DNA of 64,000 nt from Octopus sinensis (lineage: Eukaryota): NCBI RefSeq assembly GCF_006345805.1, contig NC_043000.1:131502001-131566000 (forward strand), in the 5' to 3' direction. A program made the translations under genes and the position numbers. Under the pieces are notes generated by a model, which had not been told where the DNA came from, searched no databases, and saw only the letters and a program-made list of their open reading frames with translations. Below are positions 27,072 through 40,563 of this stretch, piece by piece; position 1 is the stretch's first letter, and the number at the start of each line of letters is the position of its first letter.

Positions 27072-28403
27072 TCTCTCTTTCACCCTTTCTTTGTCTTATT
27101 TGTTTACCCTCTTCAAATCAGCTCATGACGTCTGTAACAACTAATAAATATTGCGGCCACCTCGAGACTATTTGTAATTTGGTTTGCTTTCATGTACTGA
27201 AGACAAACAATACAAAACAATAAAACAGTTATTTATGACACGTTGCTGGAGATATATCTCCTCGTCATTGCTGGTTTATTGTCCATTTTGACTCAATAAC
27301 AAGGTTATATAGAAAAGCTATTTTTATCTAAAGGCGGTAGGAAAATTTTCTCCTTACATTGATTCCATAAATATTTTCTCAAAAAGGTCTCTTTTTGTTC
27401 AAAGGTTTCTAGTTAAATGTCATGAATGGTGAATTTCAAACCTTCAAAAACCTTAGTTTAGCCAATACTTATTCTATATTGACACACAATCTGTTGTTCT
27501 GATCTGGATGAGACCACAGCTGAAGATATATTTTTAGTGTCGAAGTTAAATATTATTTATCAATGTCCTCTTGGTGAAAATCGAGAATATATTCTTATTT
27601 CGTCATCAAAAGGTACTATCAGTTCAGTCATTTTAAAGTTTATGCCTGGTTTTCATTTTCAGACTCTACAATTATTCTTGTGAGCCCTTATACTCAGCAT
27701 GCTATCGTTATTTATCCTCCTAGTTTATCCCTGATTAAACAGCCCTATGGTCAAAGATTTTCTTGTTGTGATCTTCACCATCGAATCTTTTTTGTCATAC
27801 CTCGTATATTTAGAACTACATTGCCTACTTAGTTGTTCCTTTTATTTTAAAGACGGTTGAATTTGATTTTAGGGAGATTTGGCTGCTATTTCTAGTAACT
27901 CAAGTGACTACGTAGACGCTCCTACTCGTCGGCTCAACATGTTCAACTATATTATCGATCGACTCTTTTTCTTTTCTGAATTTCATTGCTAATTATTCCG
28001 ACAACCATGTTATATTTCCCGAACAATTTACCTGTTATTTACCTGATATTATTTTCTTGCGTTTACACATCCAGTATAAATTGAATTTTTCAATTCTTCA
28101 CATGTATTCCGCTCACTGTTTTTTTTATAATTTCGTCTTTAAAAGTCAAACGAAAAGATCAAAACAGACACTAGAATAAGTTATAAGCAATATGTTTTTT
28201 ATAAAATTATATGAACGAAAACAACAATCTCTTCGCTTTAAGGTATCTTAGCTAATTTTTCAATCGAAATTGTTCACGTTACTCTAAATACTGTAGTTTC
28301 ATTTTCAATTTATATCTTTTCCTCAGTCATTCATTCCTTTCCATGCTTTTTTCAAGACAGGCAAGTTTCACTCCTCCTTGTTTTGAACTTTCTCTCCCTC
28401 CAC

Positions 28404-28478
<75 letters not shown>

Positions 28479-29017
28479 TCTCTCTCTCTCTCTAAAAATT
28501 GGTCTTTACCGAGCGAACCTATGATCAAACACAATCAAGCTATGACCCATCCCGTCATGTTATTCAAGAATACCCTTCTCTGGTGTATGTTATCCTATGT
28601 ACCCTTTTAATTTTTATGACAGCATGATGTGGCTTGAGGGAGATTTGGCAACTGATTTTAGCAGGCCAAAACTCATGAAAATGCATGGTCTTCGTCCATT
28701 GCTGCTAATGATTTTAGCGCCAGTTTGGTTTTACCTGAAAAGACGTATGATTAACGGTATTCCAGTTATGAACATCCCTTTCTCTTTTTCTATTTTTGCT
28801 TTTTATTTTGTATATTTAATTTGATTAACCTGTGATCAGAATTTTTATTTTTAAGCTGTGTTGGACTGATTCTAACTATTTATATGATGTCATTTTACAC
28901 AAGAGTTTCTCGACCATATTTTATTTTTTATTTTATCTAGTTTCAGCTCACGAGCTGTGGCCATGCTGGGGTACCTCCATTTAGTGTTGCTACATAATTT
29001 TGCTTCACGAATGCTTT

Positions 29018-29470
29018 TTAGAAATTGACATTTGGTTGCATGAGAGAGTTTGATACAGCTGCCCTCTTCTGCACCTCCTGCCGCGAAGTTGGTTCATCTG
29101 GGACACCTGACAGGAAGAGATCCAGTTTTATTTTAAAGACATCTGCATCTACCCCATGCAGGTCTCTCAGGTTCTTCGGGAGGATATTGAAGAGCTGTGG
29201 GCCTCTGAAGCTCAGGCTATTGCAGTATCTTGTCCTACATCTTGATGGCAAATTTGGAGTCCTGGGCACAATGCAGTGGCACTCTGTTCTAGTATTTGTG
29301 TAACTCTCGATGCCAAAGTCCTTCCAGGATCTTCCAGTTGTATATTATGGCATATCTTTCTCGCCTACGCTCTAAGGAATAGAGTCTTAATCTTTTGAGT
29401 CTTTCACAATAGCTTACACGCTGCTTAGAGGCTATCTTCTTCGTATAGCTTCGTTGGATTGCCTCAAGAA
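29018..29470 (-). mobile_element. CR1-type LINE ORF2 3' fragment
   Basis: YCERLKRLRLYSLERRRERYAIIY…FRGPQLFNILP…FKIKLDLFLSGVPDEP. Confidence 0.85.
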
Positions 29471-29729
29471 AAATTTTCAATTTTCCTTAGATTTCATATT
29501 TATTTACATCCAAACTGTTTCGTAATTTTTTCCTTTATATTTTGTGTATTTCCTTTGAAACCTTCATTCGCGGTGACACTATCTTCTTTTTTCGGTAACC
29601 AAAACAACTACCTGCTTTGGAATGTTTACCTGGTCCGAGTTCCTTCAGCTTCAAGCTATGAGAGTCCTCTTTCATAATTCCATTTGCATCTTCGACACTA
29701 TGTTCTTCTTTCTACTATCGGCACAAAAT

Positions 29730-29925
29730 CTGATATTTTGGGAGAGACGGAATCAGTCGATTGCATCGACACCAGTACACGACAGGTATTTATTTTATCG
29801 ACTCCGAAACGATAAAAGGCAAAGTTGACCTTGGTAGAATTTGAACTCAGAACGTAAAGCCTGAAGAAATGGCACTAAGCACTGTGTCCGGCGTAATAAC
29901 GATTCGGCAAACTCGCCGCCTTATT
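29730..29925 (-). mobile_element. SINE family A (alternative-tail variant)
   Basis: aggcaaagttgacc…gaatttgaactcagaacg…ctcgccgcc. Confidence 0.8.
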
Positions 29926-30574
29926 TTTTAGGAATATTAATCAAAACCCCAATATTTAACTGGTACATTATTGTAACGACCCCGAAAAGATGAAAGTCAA
30001 AGATGACTTCTATAATGGCAGTCTGGAATATTTATGAAATTGTGTCTGGTCTATTTACGATACTAAGTTCCAGTTGAATACACTCTGTGTATTTTTGCAA
30101 TTCATTTTGTTTCGCGTCATCGCTACAATATCTAAAAATATTCTGGAAATCTATATTCGATAATAATTCAAATTCAAGGTGGATCACCGTTAAACTTTGC
30201 TAGATCAAAATTGTTATATTTTACTACTTACACAAAAGTCTACTGCTAGCATTACGTTAACCAGGTTCGTTGTTTCAGTTTCTGTTGTTGCTATTATTGT
30301 CATTGCTTTGAACTCAGATGAGATATTTTCAGTTCATTATGGACATTGTAACAGAACTAAAATTAGCTAAAATGTCACTCTATTGTTTGTGAATTGCATG
30401 GAGATTGTGGCTGTGGCTGCTGATTTTGTTGTTGCATTTAGTCCCAGGTTAGTTCTGCTTGAGATGCTTAAAGTATTCTAGCTGTGAATATCTCACCCAA
30501 CATTTTTGTACATTTAGATCTATATTGCACCCGTGTTCGTATTTTTCAAAGACTGTAGGCTCTCTTTACTCTTT

Positions 30575-30800
30575 ATCCTTTACTCTTTTACTTGTTTCAG
30601 TCATTTGACTGCGGCCATGCTGGAGCACCGCCTTTAGTCGAGCAAATCGACCCTAGGACTTATTCTTTGGAAGCCTAGTACTTATTCTATCGGTCTATTT
30701 TGCCGAACCGCTAAGTTACGGGGACGTAAACACACCAGCATCGGTTGTAAAACGATTGGGGGGGGGCAAACACAGACACACAAACATATACACACACATA
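30575..30800 (-). mobile_element. SINE family B, 3' half only
   Basis: Tail and body present; homology stops at the internal microsatellite. Confidence 0.85.
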
Positions 30801-31661
30801 CATATGTATATATACGTATATACACATTATATGTGTATAGCATATACACTCATTATCCCCTTTTTGTCTTCGATCTCCATTTTTTTTTACATCTGACGTC
30901 TCGATACGAAACGTTGTAGCAAAAATAAGTGCTGGCTGTAATTTATATAGAATACCTGTAGAAATGACCGAAACAAGATAATGTGATTTTGATATTATTT
31001 CTGTATAAGATTGTGCGTATGTTTTGTATACAGCATGAGAACGTTGTAAGTTAAAGAGAGTGATAGAGAAGACAGATCCTTGCGGCACGTATTTTAGGTG
31101 TGTTATCTTTCTTTATGCATGATATAGGCTTTACGACCCGAAAGTTAAATCGCACGCCAGCGTTTTAAGCTGATTTTTAAGATTAAGCATTTTGCTTTTA
31201 AGCTGCTACTGAGAAAAAGCCTTGTTTATGTTGACGGTAGTTAAGATAATGTGTGCAGCTGTTGTTGAAGCTATAAGGTGTTGTATGTGTGTGTGTGTAA
31301 GAGAGAGAGAGAGAGAGAAAGATTTGTGAATTAGTTTGGTGGCTGAGTATACTGAAATGAGTTCCGGTTATCAGCTGTAAACAGAAAATGTGGGATGATC
31401 ATGCCAGCGGTATTTGCAGTGTGCAAAGGAGATGTGCGGGGGTTTGTGCGAGGTTACTTCGTTGAGATTTTACTTTGTTTTAGAATTGCTTTAATTCTTC
31501 CCGATTTCCAAATTCTATATATACGATAATGTTGGTATGGACAATTTTAAGTGTATGTCGTGATTTTATAGTGCGCAGCAGATTTTCTGTTTAGATATTT
31601 CCATATTTCTTTTCTTTTCTCATGTCTGATAAAAAGAAAGAGCGAAAATCATGTTCTAGAA

Positions 31662-31914
31662 CAGAGGTTCCCAAATGGGATGCAGTTGACCCTTGGGGAT
31701 CCATATAATATTTTGTTGTCAAAATTTATGTGCAATAAATTGCTTATACTTTTGCAATACGCTACCCAAAATAATATAATTTTTAAAATAGAATTCTTAA
31801 TAATAATTAATTATAAAAATACAGTAGGATTGTTTCTTATATATAAATCAAAATGCTATGGAGGTCCATCCATAGATGGACCATAGGCAAAAATAAAATG
31901 GTTGAGAATCCCTT
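31662..31914. mobile_element. Possible hAT-type MITE
   Basis: Imperfect TIRs cagaggttcccaaa / ttgagaatccct; no clear 8-bp TSD. Confidence 0.35.
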
Positions 31915-32119
31915 CCGTAAAGTTTCTTTGATTTTTTTGTGTTGGTTTACGTAATGGAGTGTTAAAAAATGCGTTTAATTAGGAAGATTTCTTGAAAAAG
32001 TTCCAGGAACACATATGGTGGAGTCGTTGATAGGATTGTTGATTCAGTTAATTACTTATTATTTTACATTGTGATTACTTTCTCTGGTTTGCATTGTTTA
32101 CAAATATTTACCAGGTTTC

Positions 32120-32229
32120 CACAGTGCTTGTGGTTTTGTTAGGCCAAAGAACTAGCGCTTTACTACCTTGCTTTTGTTATCACGTCAATATATATATATA
32201 TATCTATATATATATATATATTATATATA

Positions 32230-32272
<43 letters not shown>

Positions 32273-32317
32273 AACATATACATATATATATATACATATA
32301 CATATATATATATATAC

Positions 32318-32390
<73 letters not shown>

Positions 32391-32441
32391 CATATATATA
32401 TACATATATATATACATATATATATACATATACATATATAT

Positions 32442-32479
<38 letters not shown>

Positions 32480-32505
32480 CATATTATATATACATATATA
32501 TATAC

Positions 32506-32546
<41 letters not shown>

Positions 32547-32628
32547 CATACATACATACATACATACATACATACATACATACATACATACATACATACA
32601 TACATACATACGTACATACATACATACG
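32120..32628. repeat. About 500-bp (TA)n/(CATA)n tract
   Basis: Directly visible. Confidence 0.97.
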
Positions 32629-32715
32629 ACAATTTTCTTTCAGTCGCCATGATTGACCGCTAACTCCAAAAGTTTTTTTCTTTTATTCTCTCTCTCTGTT
32701 TATTTCCTCGTGTCC

Positions 32716-32751
32716 CTTTCTGTTGAAGAGCGTATGCTCGAAACGTAAAAG
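32716..32751 (+). ncRNA. 36-nt minimal hammerhead, A6U variant
   Basis: CTTT/AAAG stem I; CTGTTGA core plus extra A; GAGC-GTAT-GCTC stem II; GAAA; ACGT palindrome; GUA site after 32747. Confidence 0.6.
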
Positions 32752-32849
32752 ACTTTCTCACCTTTCCGAGCGTCAAACTAATACACCTGTCTTCGTCTTT
32801 TGTTTTTCTGTAAATTTCAACTATATATATATATATACACACACATATA

Positions 32850-33075
32850 CGTGTGTGTGTCTGTGTGTGTATTTGTGTCCTCCATCACCGCCTGACAACT
32901 GGTGCTGGAGTGTTTACATCCCCTTAAATTAGCGGTTCGGCAAAGGAATCCAATAGAATAAGTAATAGGCTTAAAAACGAATAAGTACGGGAGTCGATTC
33001 GTTCGCCTAAAATTTCTTCTGGCCATTGCCCCAGCATGGCCGAAGTCATGTAAGTAAAACAAGTAAAAGATAAAA
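32850..33075 (+). mobile_element. SINE family B, 3' half only
   Basis: Begins at a (TA)/(TG) SSR and runs to the acaagtaaaaga tail. Confidence 0.8.
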
Positions 33076-33309
33076 TAAAACCAAAAAAATGGCTGTGAGC
33101 TGGCAAAATCGTAAGCGATGTCGGCATTTCTTCCGATTCCCTACACATAGAGTTCAAATCCCGCTCAAGTTAACTTTGTCTTTCATCCTTTCGGTTTTGA
33201 TAAAATAAGTACCTGTTCAGCACTGGTATTTTAAAATTGATGGCCTCGTGTCAAAATTTGAAAGCATTAAACATCATCAACAGAGGAAACAACGAAAATG
33301 CCTTTGATC

Positions 33310-33500
33310 GGTCTTTTGACATGCTAGAAATAGCAGTCAAACCTACCTCAATTTGCACTCAACCTTCTTAAATAAAGGACACATTGTGTAACGTAATCAG
33401 TAGATGTTCCTTATACGACAGCATCATTATCACAGCCGGAATGACTTTGATTATTAGGTCTGCGCGATCAAGGTTAACCTGGGGTTAAATAGCAACAACA
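33310..33500 (-). repeat. Old interspersed repeat family E (representative copy)
   Basis: gatttggctgctatttctagca motif and related blocks recur near 2250, 27880, 28640, 34300, 35030, 41400, 42500, 48200 and 59610. Confidence 0.65.
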
Positions 33501-33708
33501 ACAATAAGAGCAACAAGAACAACAACGTACTTCTCTGACATCGGCCTCTCGTTTATTAAATCCAAATATGCTGGTCAAACAATAAATATTGCATTTCTGA
33601 AGCGCACTTAAGAATGAATGGTATGCCAACACAACACATACAGCCAGATGAGAAATATAAATATCTTGGACAGGATGAGAATGTTAGGTATAAATGCACA
33701 GTTTAAAG

Positions 33709-33795
<87 letters not shown>

Positions 33796-34569
33796 ATGAA
33801 AATATGGCTACCAACTTTTGTGTTTTACAATGAAAGCAAAATTCATAGCACTTTTTAAAGTTTCTGTTCTGATGCTTGTATTTGTCCTTGGATGAACATA
33901 TAATAAGGATTTCCAATAAGAAAGATATAAACAAACTCAGGTTGCAGACAACTTCAGATCAACGAAGATGCTAAAAGCATAACATTTCCACGAAAGATTA
34001 GAGCCTCAAATCTGTAGTGGCATAATAACATAATACAAACGAATATTTTACTTTCAAACAGTGTCTGAAGAGTCAGTCAACCATGCAAGGATATTCTCTT
34101 TCCAGGTCATTATCTACGGTTAAAAATCATGGATAAAGTGAGCTGAATTTTCCCAATCTAGAAGCGAACCTGTATTATGGACTCAGTTTGCTCCAGGTTT
34201 AATACTACTTCACAGCGTCGGCTACTGATCAGATTACATGAATACACAATAAATGTCAGTTTCAAGCTAAGAAGGGCCCTCTACGTGATACTCAACCTTC
34301 GAGAAATGGCACCCAGTTCCTCCTCAAGCCATGAACTTCGGCTTTAAAATGAAGTAAAGACTATATTGGATAATATGGTACTAGATTTATTATTTGCAAA
34401 AAACGAAAGAGACAGACGGTCATGGCTAGAAGGACTTTGAGAGTTGACCTGTGGTTAAGCAACAACAATGTGTCACAGAATAGTCGAATGACACCTGGAA
34501 TTGAATTTACATTTCATCGTTACGAGATATATGTCATAAATATTAGTTGTTGCTGCTGTTACTTGATCC

Positions 34570-34885
34570 TGAGGGCGCGTGGCTAAGTGGTTACGATAAT
34601 CAGCTCATGATCGCGACTTCGAGTCCCGGCTGTGTGTTGTGTCTTTGAGCAAGACATTTTATTTTACGTTGTCCCAATCGACTCAACTGGCAAAAATGAG
34701 CTTTACCTTTAATTCAAAGAGGACAGCCTTGTCACATTCTGTGCCACACTGAACTTCTCTGAGAACTACGTTAAGGATATTTGTATAAGTGGAGTGCTCA
34801 GTCACTTGCACGCTAATCTCATGAGCAGGCTGTGCCGTTGATCGAAGCAACTGGAACACTCATCGTCGTAATCAACAAAGAACCA
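34570..34885 (+). mobile_element. SINE family D
   Basis: gcgcgtggctaagtggtt head; gacttcgagtcccgg B-box-like; body as at 7545. Confidence 0.85.
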
Positions 34886-36234
34886 AATTATTTCTCCCTT
34901 GTTTCAATCTTGAAGAGTTGCGACCAGAGATCTTTCCTGCTGTTGCAATCCGATTTTTTTTTTATATCTAGAACTACATCATCTAATCTGTTCTTTCGTT
35001 TATAAAAATGGTCAAGTTGTAATTTGAATAAAATGTAACTGCTATTTCTCGCATTTCAAATGACCATGTATCGGTTCCTTCGTTGGCTCGCAACAAATAC
35101 TTATAAACTGCTGATGTTTTAATTATTTATACTGCCTTGCTGGCATTACACCAACCGTTAGTTTTCATGAATTAAAGAAAGGGAAAGGAAAGGTGAATGG
35201 AAACTAAAGTGTACGTAAGTAAAACCTAATAGAACAGAAGCTGTTCGAATCAAAACAATTTCAGTTAAATACATTTATTAGTTAGTGATTCGTCACCAAC
35301 AATTTAACAGCAATTTACATTGTCTGCAGAGGCGGAGACTTCCAGTGTAAGAAACCGTTGTTACTCACTTGTTCGGATTTTTTTATTACGTAATTTTTTG
35401 AATGTGTTACAAAAGCCATTGATTCAAACCGTTAATTTGTAGAGGAAAAATATTTGCGATTCGCTCGACTACTGTGTCTGGTACTTATTATATCAGGCTT
35501 TGAAGGAAAGAGATTCAAACATCACCTCTTGGAATAAAGAACGGTATAGCATTATGTATTTCTCGCTTTACTGCGTTTCTTACAACGTAAGGAACAAAAT
35601 GTATAACAACAAAAATGCATTTGAAAACAAATGTTTCATGTCGACTAGATCGGTCATCAGTCAGTGTATATGTATATTAAATCACCAGATTAGTGACAGT
35701 TTGTCAGTGAGCAAGCAATATTTGTAATATACAGCTAGTCTTCTTAACACTACAATAAGTATACCGTGGTGAATGTTTGAAATATGACGTTTTGACAAGA
35801 GTGATGTGTGTATAAATACAAACACACACACACACACACATACATTCAGCAGTATCAGCGCCAAGCAGTGTTTAGGCATAAGCGAACTTTAGGTTAGTTA
35901 AAATATATTTGTGATATATTTCATCTTCTAAAGGCAAATTCACTGCAGTTACTGTGAAGAAAACATTTCTTTTCAGCTATAACGTGTAAAACCACTATAT
36001 CTGCTCATTGTTGTCCGATTCCCAGACGCAGTGTTTCTAACTCTTTAACCGTTATAAATAGGAAATACCGATGTCTGTGTGTGTTTGTGTGTGTAGTTAG
36101 TTAATTAGGTTATATTTTGTTAAGAACATAGGAGAGTACAATATAAAGCTCATCCACCTTCAGATTTCACCCAGTGCTGTCCAACCTACTGCCAGATCTG
36201 CGTTGAGGCTTCTGTAATGTGTGCATAGATAACT

Positions 36235-36501
36235 GAATAAGTTGGTATCAACAAGAAGGAGTACAGAAGAACATTTATTTGTAACCACTACAATTGTTTC
36301 CACGCAACGTAGTTCTTCAGGTTCGCAGGTATTTGGTTATGTAACTGTTTCCCTGAATTGTGAGATCTTGTATTTCATCAGGTGATATATAGGGTTACAT
36401 AACCAAATAACTGCGAACCTGGAGAACCACAATGCGTGGAAACAATTGTGGTGATTACAAATAAATGTTCCTCTGTACTCCTTATTGACTCCAACTTATT
36501 C
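36235..36501. repeat. Diverged inverted repeat, about 110-bp arms with 48-bp spacer
   Basis: Arms 36235-36345 and 36394-36501 are reverse complements with scattered mismatches. Confidence 0.9.
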
Positions 36502-36565
36502 AATTATATATGTGTGTGTGTGTGTTGTGTGTGGTGTGTGGTGTGTGTGTGTGGTGTGTGTGTGG

Positions 36566-36596
<31 letters not shown>

Positions 36597-36605
36597 TGTG
36601 TGTGT

Positions 36606-36648
<43 letters not shown>

Positions 36649-37385
36649 GATACTAAGTATTGCCGAAATCATTTATTCAACATCCTATACAAAATTTGGA
36701 CATGTGCCACATTTAGAAGAATTCGGTCTTTCAGCCTTTTGAGATATATTCTTAGAACATTTATAAATGATAAATTATCCTGCCTCATATTAATCAAAGT
36801 TAGTTCTGGAAATGTATTTCATATTCTCTCTCACGTGTAAACAGCTATTCATATGAATGAATACATTTGCTATGTGATTTATATATCACAGGAAACGCGT
36901 GCACAAAGTGAAATTAATGGAACAGAGACGCTCGAAAGCGGTATTTTTATTACAAAATAGCCAACTAATAATCTTCACTTTCTATTCGATGAATTAGAAA
37001 TGACGTCAACACGTTTTTGGTGGAGTGGGGTACTGCAGTGCTGGTGGTTCGGATATTGTTATACCAACTCGTACTGTAGAGCTTCAAAGCAAACACAATA
37101 ATTGGTATGGACCCTGTAACCAGCATCGCGCTAAGTGCTTCCCAAAGGGATAATATTATAACATAAGATGTTGGTGCGATTCTGCTACGTGCTGTTATGA
37201 TTTGTCTACGTAATAAAATATTCAGTCATGTTTCCGCCCGTGCAACAATGAGATAAATGATCCTTTGATGACCTCGTTCTCGTCGCTTTGTATTTCATAT
37301 TTTCAAGATGCAACTCAATTGCTTTAACCACACAGTCAATTTTCTTTGGTTACTTAACGAGGCCTCTCTCTTGTTCTGTTTCTGT

Positions 37386-37429
<44 letters not shown>

Positions 37430-37598
37430 CTTTCTCTCTCTCTCTTTATCTTTCTCTCGCTTTCTCTTACTCCCTCTCTCTCTCTCTTTCACTGTCTCTC
37501 TCCTTTTTTCTCTCTTTCTTTCTGTATACGCATACACACACATGCTACTATGAATACATACAAACGTTCATACATACATATATCTATATCTATGTCTA

Positions 37599-37693
<95 letters not shown>

Positions 37694-37723
37694 CTGTCTC
37701 TCTGTCTGTCTGTCTGTCTATCG

Positions 37724-37812
<89 letters not shown>

Positions 37813-37859
37813 ACTATCTATCTATCTGTTTGTCTGTTTGTCTATCTACCTATATATAT

Positions 37860-38090
37860 ATATTTCTTTACTGCCCTCAAGGGGTTAAACATAGACGGGA
37901 CAAACAAGTACAGACAAAGGGATTAAGTCGATTACATCGACCCCGGTGCAAAACTGGTACTTTTTTTATCGACCCCGAAAGGATGAAAGGCAAAGTCGAC
38001 CTCGGCGGAATTTGAACTCAGAACATAACGACAGACGAAATACCGCTAAGCACTTCGCCCGGCGCGCTAACGTGTCTGCCAGCTCGCCGC
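37860..38090 (-). mobile_element. SINE family A, full-length
   Basis: tatttctttac tail through ctcgccgc head. Confidence 0.92.
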
Positions 38091-38964
38091 TGTGTGTGTC
38101 TGTGTGTGTGTCCTCGATATGTAAGTATATATACATGTATGTGTGTGTGAGTGCGTACGTGTGTGTGTGTGTGTGTGTATGTGCATAAATATATACCTTT
38201 TTACATGTACCAACAGATCTCCGAGTATTAGACGCTTCAGTCAGTAACTATCTATTAACAAATGTAAAGTGTGCTTGTTATTTCCTTTGTGTACATGCGT
38301 AAATATTAATATGTAAAACATACTTAACTACGTATGTTTGTATTTTTAAATGATAAGAAAACAGTATTCAGAATATTGTACATACACACACACACACAGT
38401 GTTTATGCACGACAGCATGAATCAAAACAGAAATAAATTTAAATAATGCAAAGCCTCACTGTAGGCGAACTAAAAATGCAAATAAATTCTATGCTACTCG
38501 TACTGTAAAAACAAAGTAGGAATCTCCTGTTGCAAGGTCTGTTGATTGTCCTGCAGAGAGGACATTCCTGACTTCCTTCTCTAATCAATAACAAAGGCCA
38601 GTTTCTTTAAACATCAGATGAAATTAGGCTAGCAAATTAGTGAGAAGACTAATTTGCATATTTCTAATTCTGATAGGTCGTTATTAATTAAATGATATCT
38701 AGTTTATGTACAACATAGCATGTATCCGAAGAACTGTGCAATCTTAATTTATGAATACTTTATAGAAAAGCTGGTCTATGCTATTAATTATTGAAAGAAG
38801 CGTGGTACAGCTTCCCTGAACAGTGGTCAACAAATCGAGAAACGTTCCTTCAGAAAGCTCTTCCTCTTTTTCCGTACATCAGTAGCATAGAAAGAATGTT
38901 CTTGCTGTCTTGGTACCCCAGCACTAAAATTACATATCGGTGGGCGCGTGCGTGTAACTTCATC

Positions 38965-39176
38965 TTGTTTCGGTCATTGAACTGCGGCCATGCTGGAGCT
39001 ATCGCCACGACTAGCACAGTCGAACAAATCGAGCCTAGTATTATAACTTAAAGTCCATTACTTATTCTATTGGTCACTTTTGCCGAACCACTAATTTCCG
39101 AGATCGTAAACAAACCACCACTGGTTGTCAAGTAACAGTGGGGATAAACAGAAATACAAACACAACGCGCGTGATT

Positions 39177-39247
<71 letters not shown>

Positions 39248-39630
39248 TTTTCTGCGATGATTTGATAAGTCGTGCCGAGTTTTTACAATTCTGTAAATAA
39301 CAATATTTTATAAGCTTAAAGCTTATAAGTAGTCAGCGTGTATTCACTAAAGAAAATAGTTAAATTTTGAAGTGTATAAGCCCTCGACGGATAAAATTGG
39401 GTTTTCCGTGTTCATTGGACTCAAACCCATACCTCTATGTTTTCACAACAGCGTGCTACCATTCACACCAACGGATCCACTTGTATACATATGACAGGCT
39501 TCTACACAGTTTCCGTCTACCAGATTCACTCGGAAGGCATTGGTCAACCGGAGACTATAATAGAAGACACTTGCCAAGGTGCCGCGCCGTGGTAGTGAAC
39601 CCGAAACCGCATAGTTGCAAAACAAGCTTT
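38965..39630 (-). mobile_element. SINE family B: 3' half (38965-39240) and 5' half (39480-39630) separated by unrelated DNA
   Basis: Both halves end at the internal SSR position. Confidence 0.7.
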
Positions 39631-40295
39631 AAAGTAGTCGAAATACAGTTTTAAATCTTTCGCTACGAAACTTTGAACATTAATAAACTATGATATTCTC
39701 TTCATACATAGAAATATAACAGATTGTCTTGACATGTTTTACCGTTCCTTTGCTATTCATCAGAGGACTGACCACGAAGCTAACTCTGAAGGAATTCCTC
39801 TTTAAATTAATCACGAACCACAACTTAGCTCAAATGGCTACATAAATTTGTATATCCAGCGGTTGTAGGCACAACACAGTGTTTATTCGAAACTTGAAAT
39901 AATTTATGGTTGCTAAACCACAGTTTGAAGGCCTTTAGTGAGAAACTCTAAGTCTTTCCTCTTCGTACATAGAAAATTGTCTTCGTTGGGCTTAAGGATG
40001 AGCATGTATTTGACCTGTAATCAAGGTCAACGAAGAATGGAATCTAATACACAGTGTACTGAACGAAAATATGAATATTCTATACTTCAGTCCGTTATTT
40101 GTGAATGTATGCATAAGTAGAAGGTCATATCCGTACTTAAATTATCAAGTACGTATATGTCAGTATACAGTGGCAGTGCAGAGGTGCGATATCCCCGACT
40201 CTGCCTTGGTGCTATTAATATTTAAATACTTGATTCCTTCGAATCCTGAATATTTATATATATAAATGAGTAACAAAGATGTACAGATGTCAATT

Positions 40296-40378
40296 CAATA
40301 CAGCTGTTTCAAGCGGCTTCTTTAATTGATTAAATGAAAACATTACATCTTTTGAAAGAAACCGTTCTCGTCAGATGA
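40296..40378 (-). ncRNA. Type I hammerhead
   Basis: Core CTGACGA (40368-74); about 13-bp stem II gaacggtttcttt/aaagaagccgctt; GAAA; CAGCTG; GUA site; first stem I pair mismatched. Confidence 0.7.
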
Positions 40379-40387
40379 CCGCATAGA

Positions 40388-40563
40388 CTTCAAACATAAA
40401 GGACACAACCATTTCCTTGACATATTCACATCAATAATGGAACTCAATATATTTACATTGCTTTTTTTGCCATAGATATGGCTAAAGAAACAATGTAAAT
40501 ATTTTGAGTTCCATTATTGATGTGAATATGTTAAGCAAATGTTAGTATCCTTTATGTTTGAAG
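40388..40563. repeat. Inverted repeat, about 85-bp arms, adjacent to the hammerhead
   Basis: cttcaaacataaagga…gccata|ga|tatggc…tcctttatgtttgaag. Confidence 0.9.

Noticed and set aside
30880-30915. Hammerhead-like CTGACGT…GAAACGTT
   Set aside because: A9 is absent and stem II is only 2 bp.
38791-39051. 86-aa ORF with protein-like composition
   Set aside because: No convincing donor site, no recognisable motif, and the 3' third is SINE B sequence.
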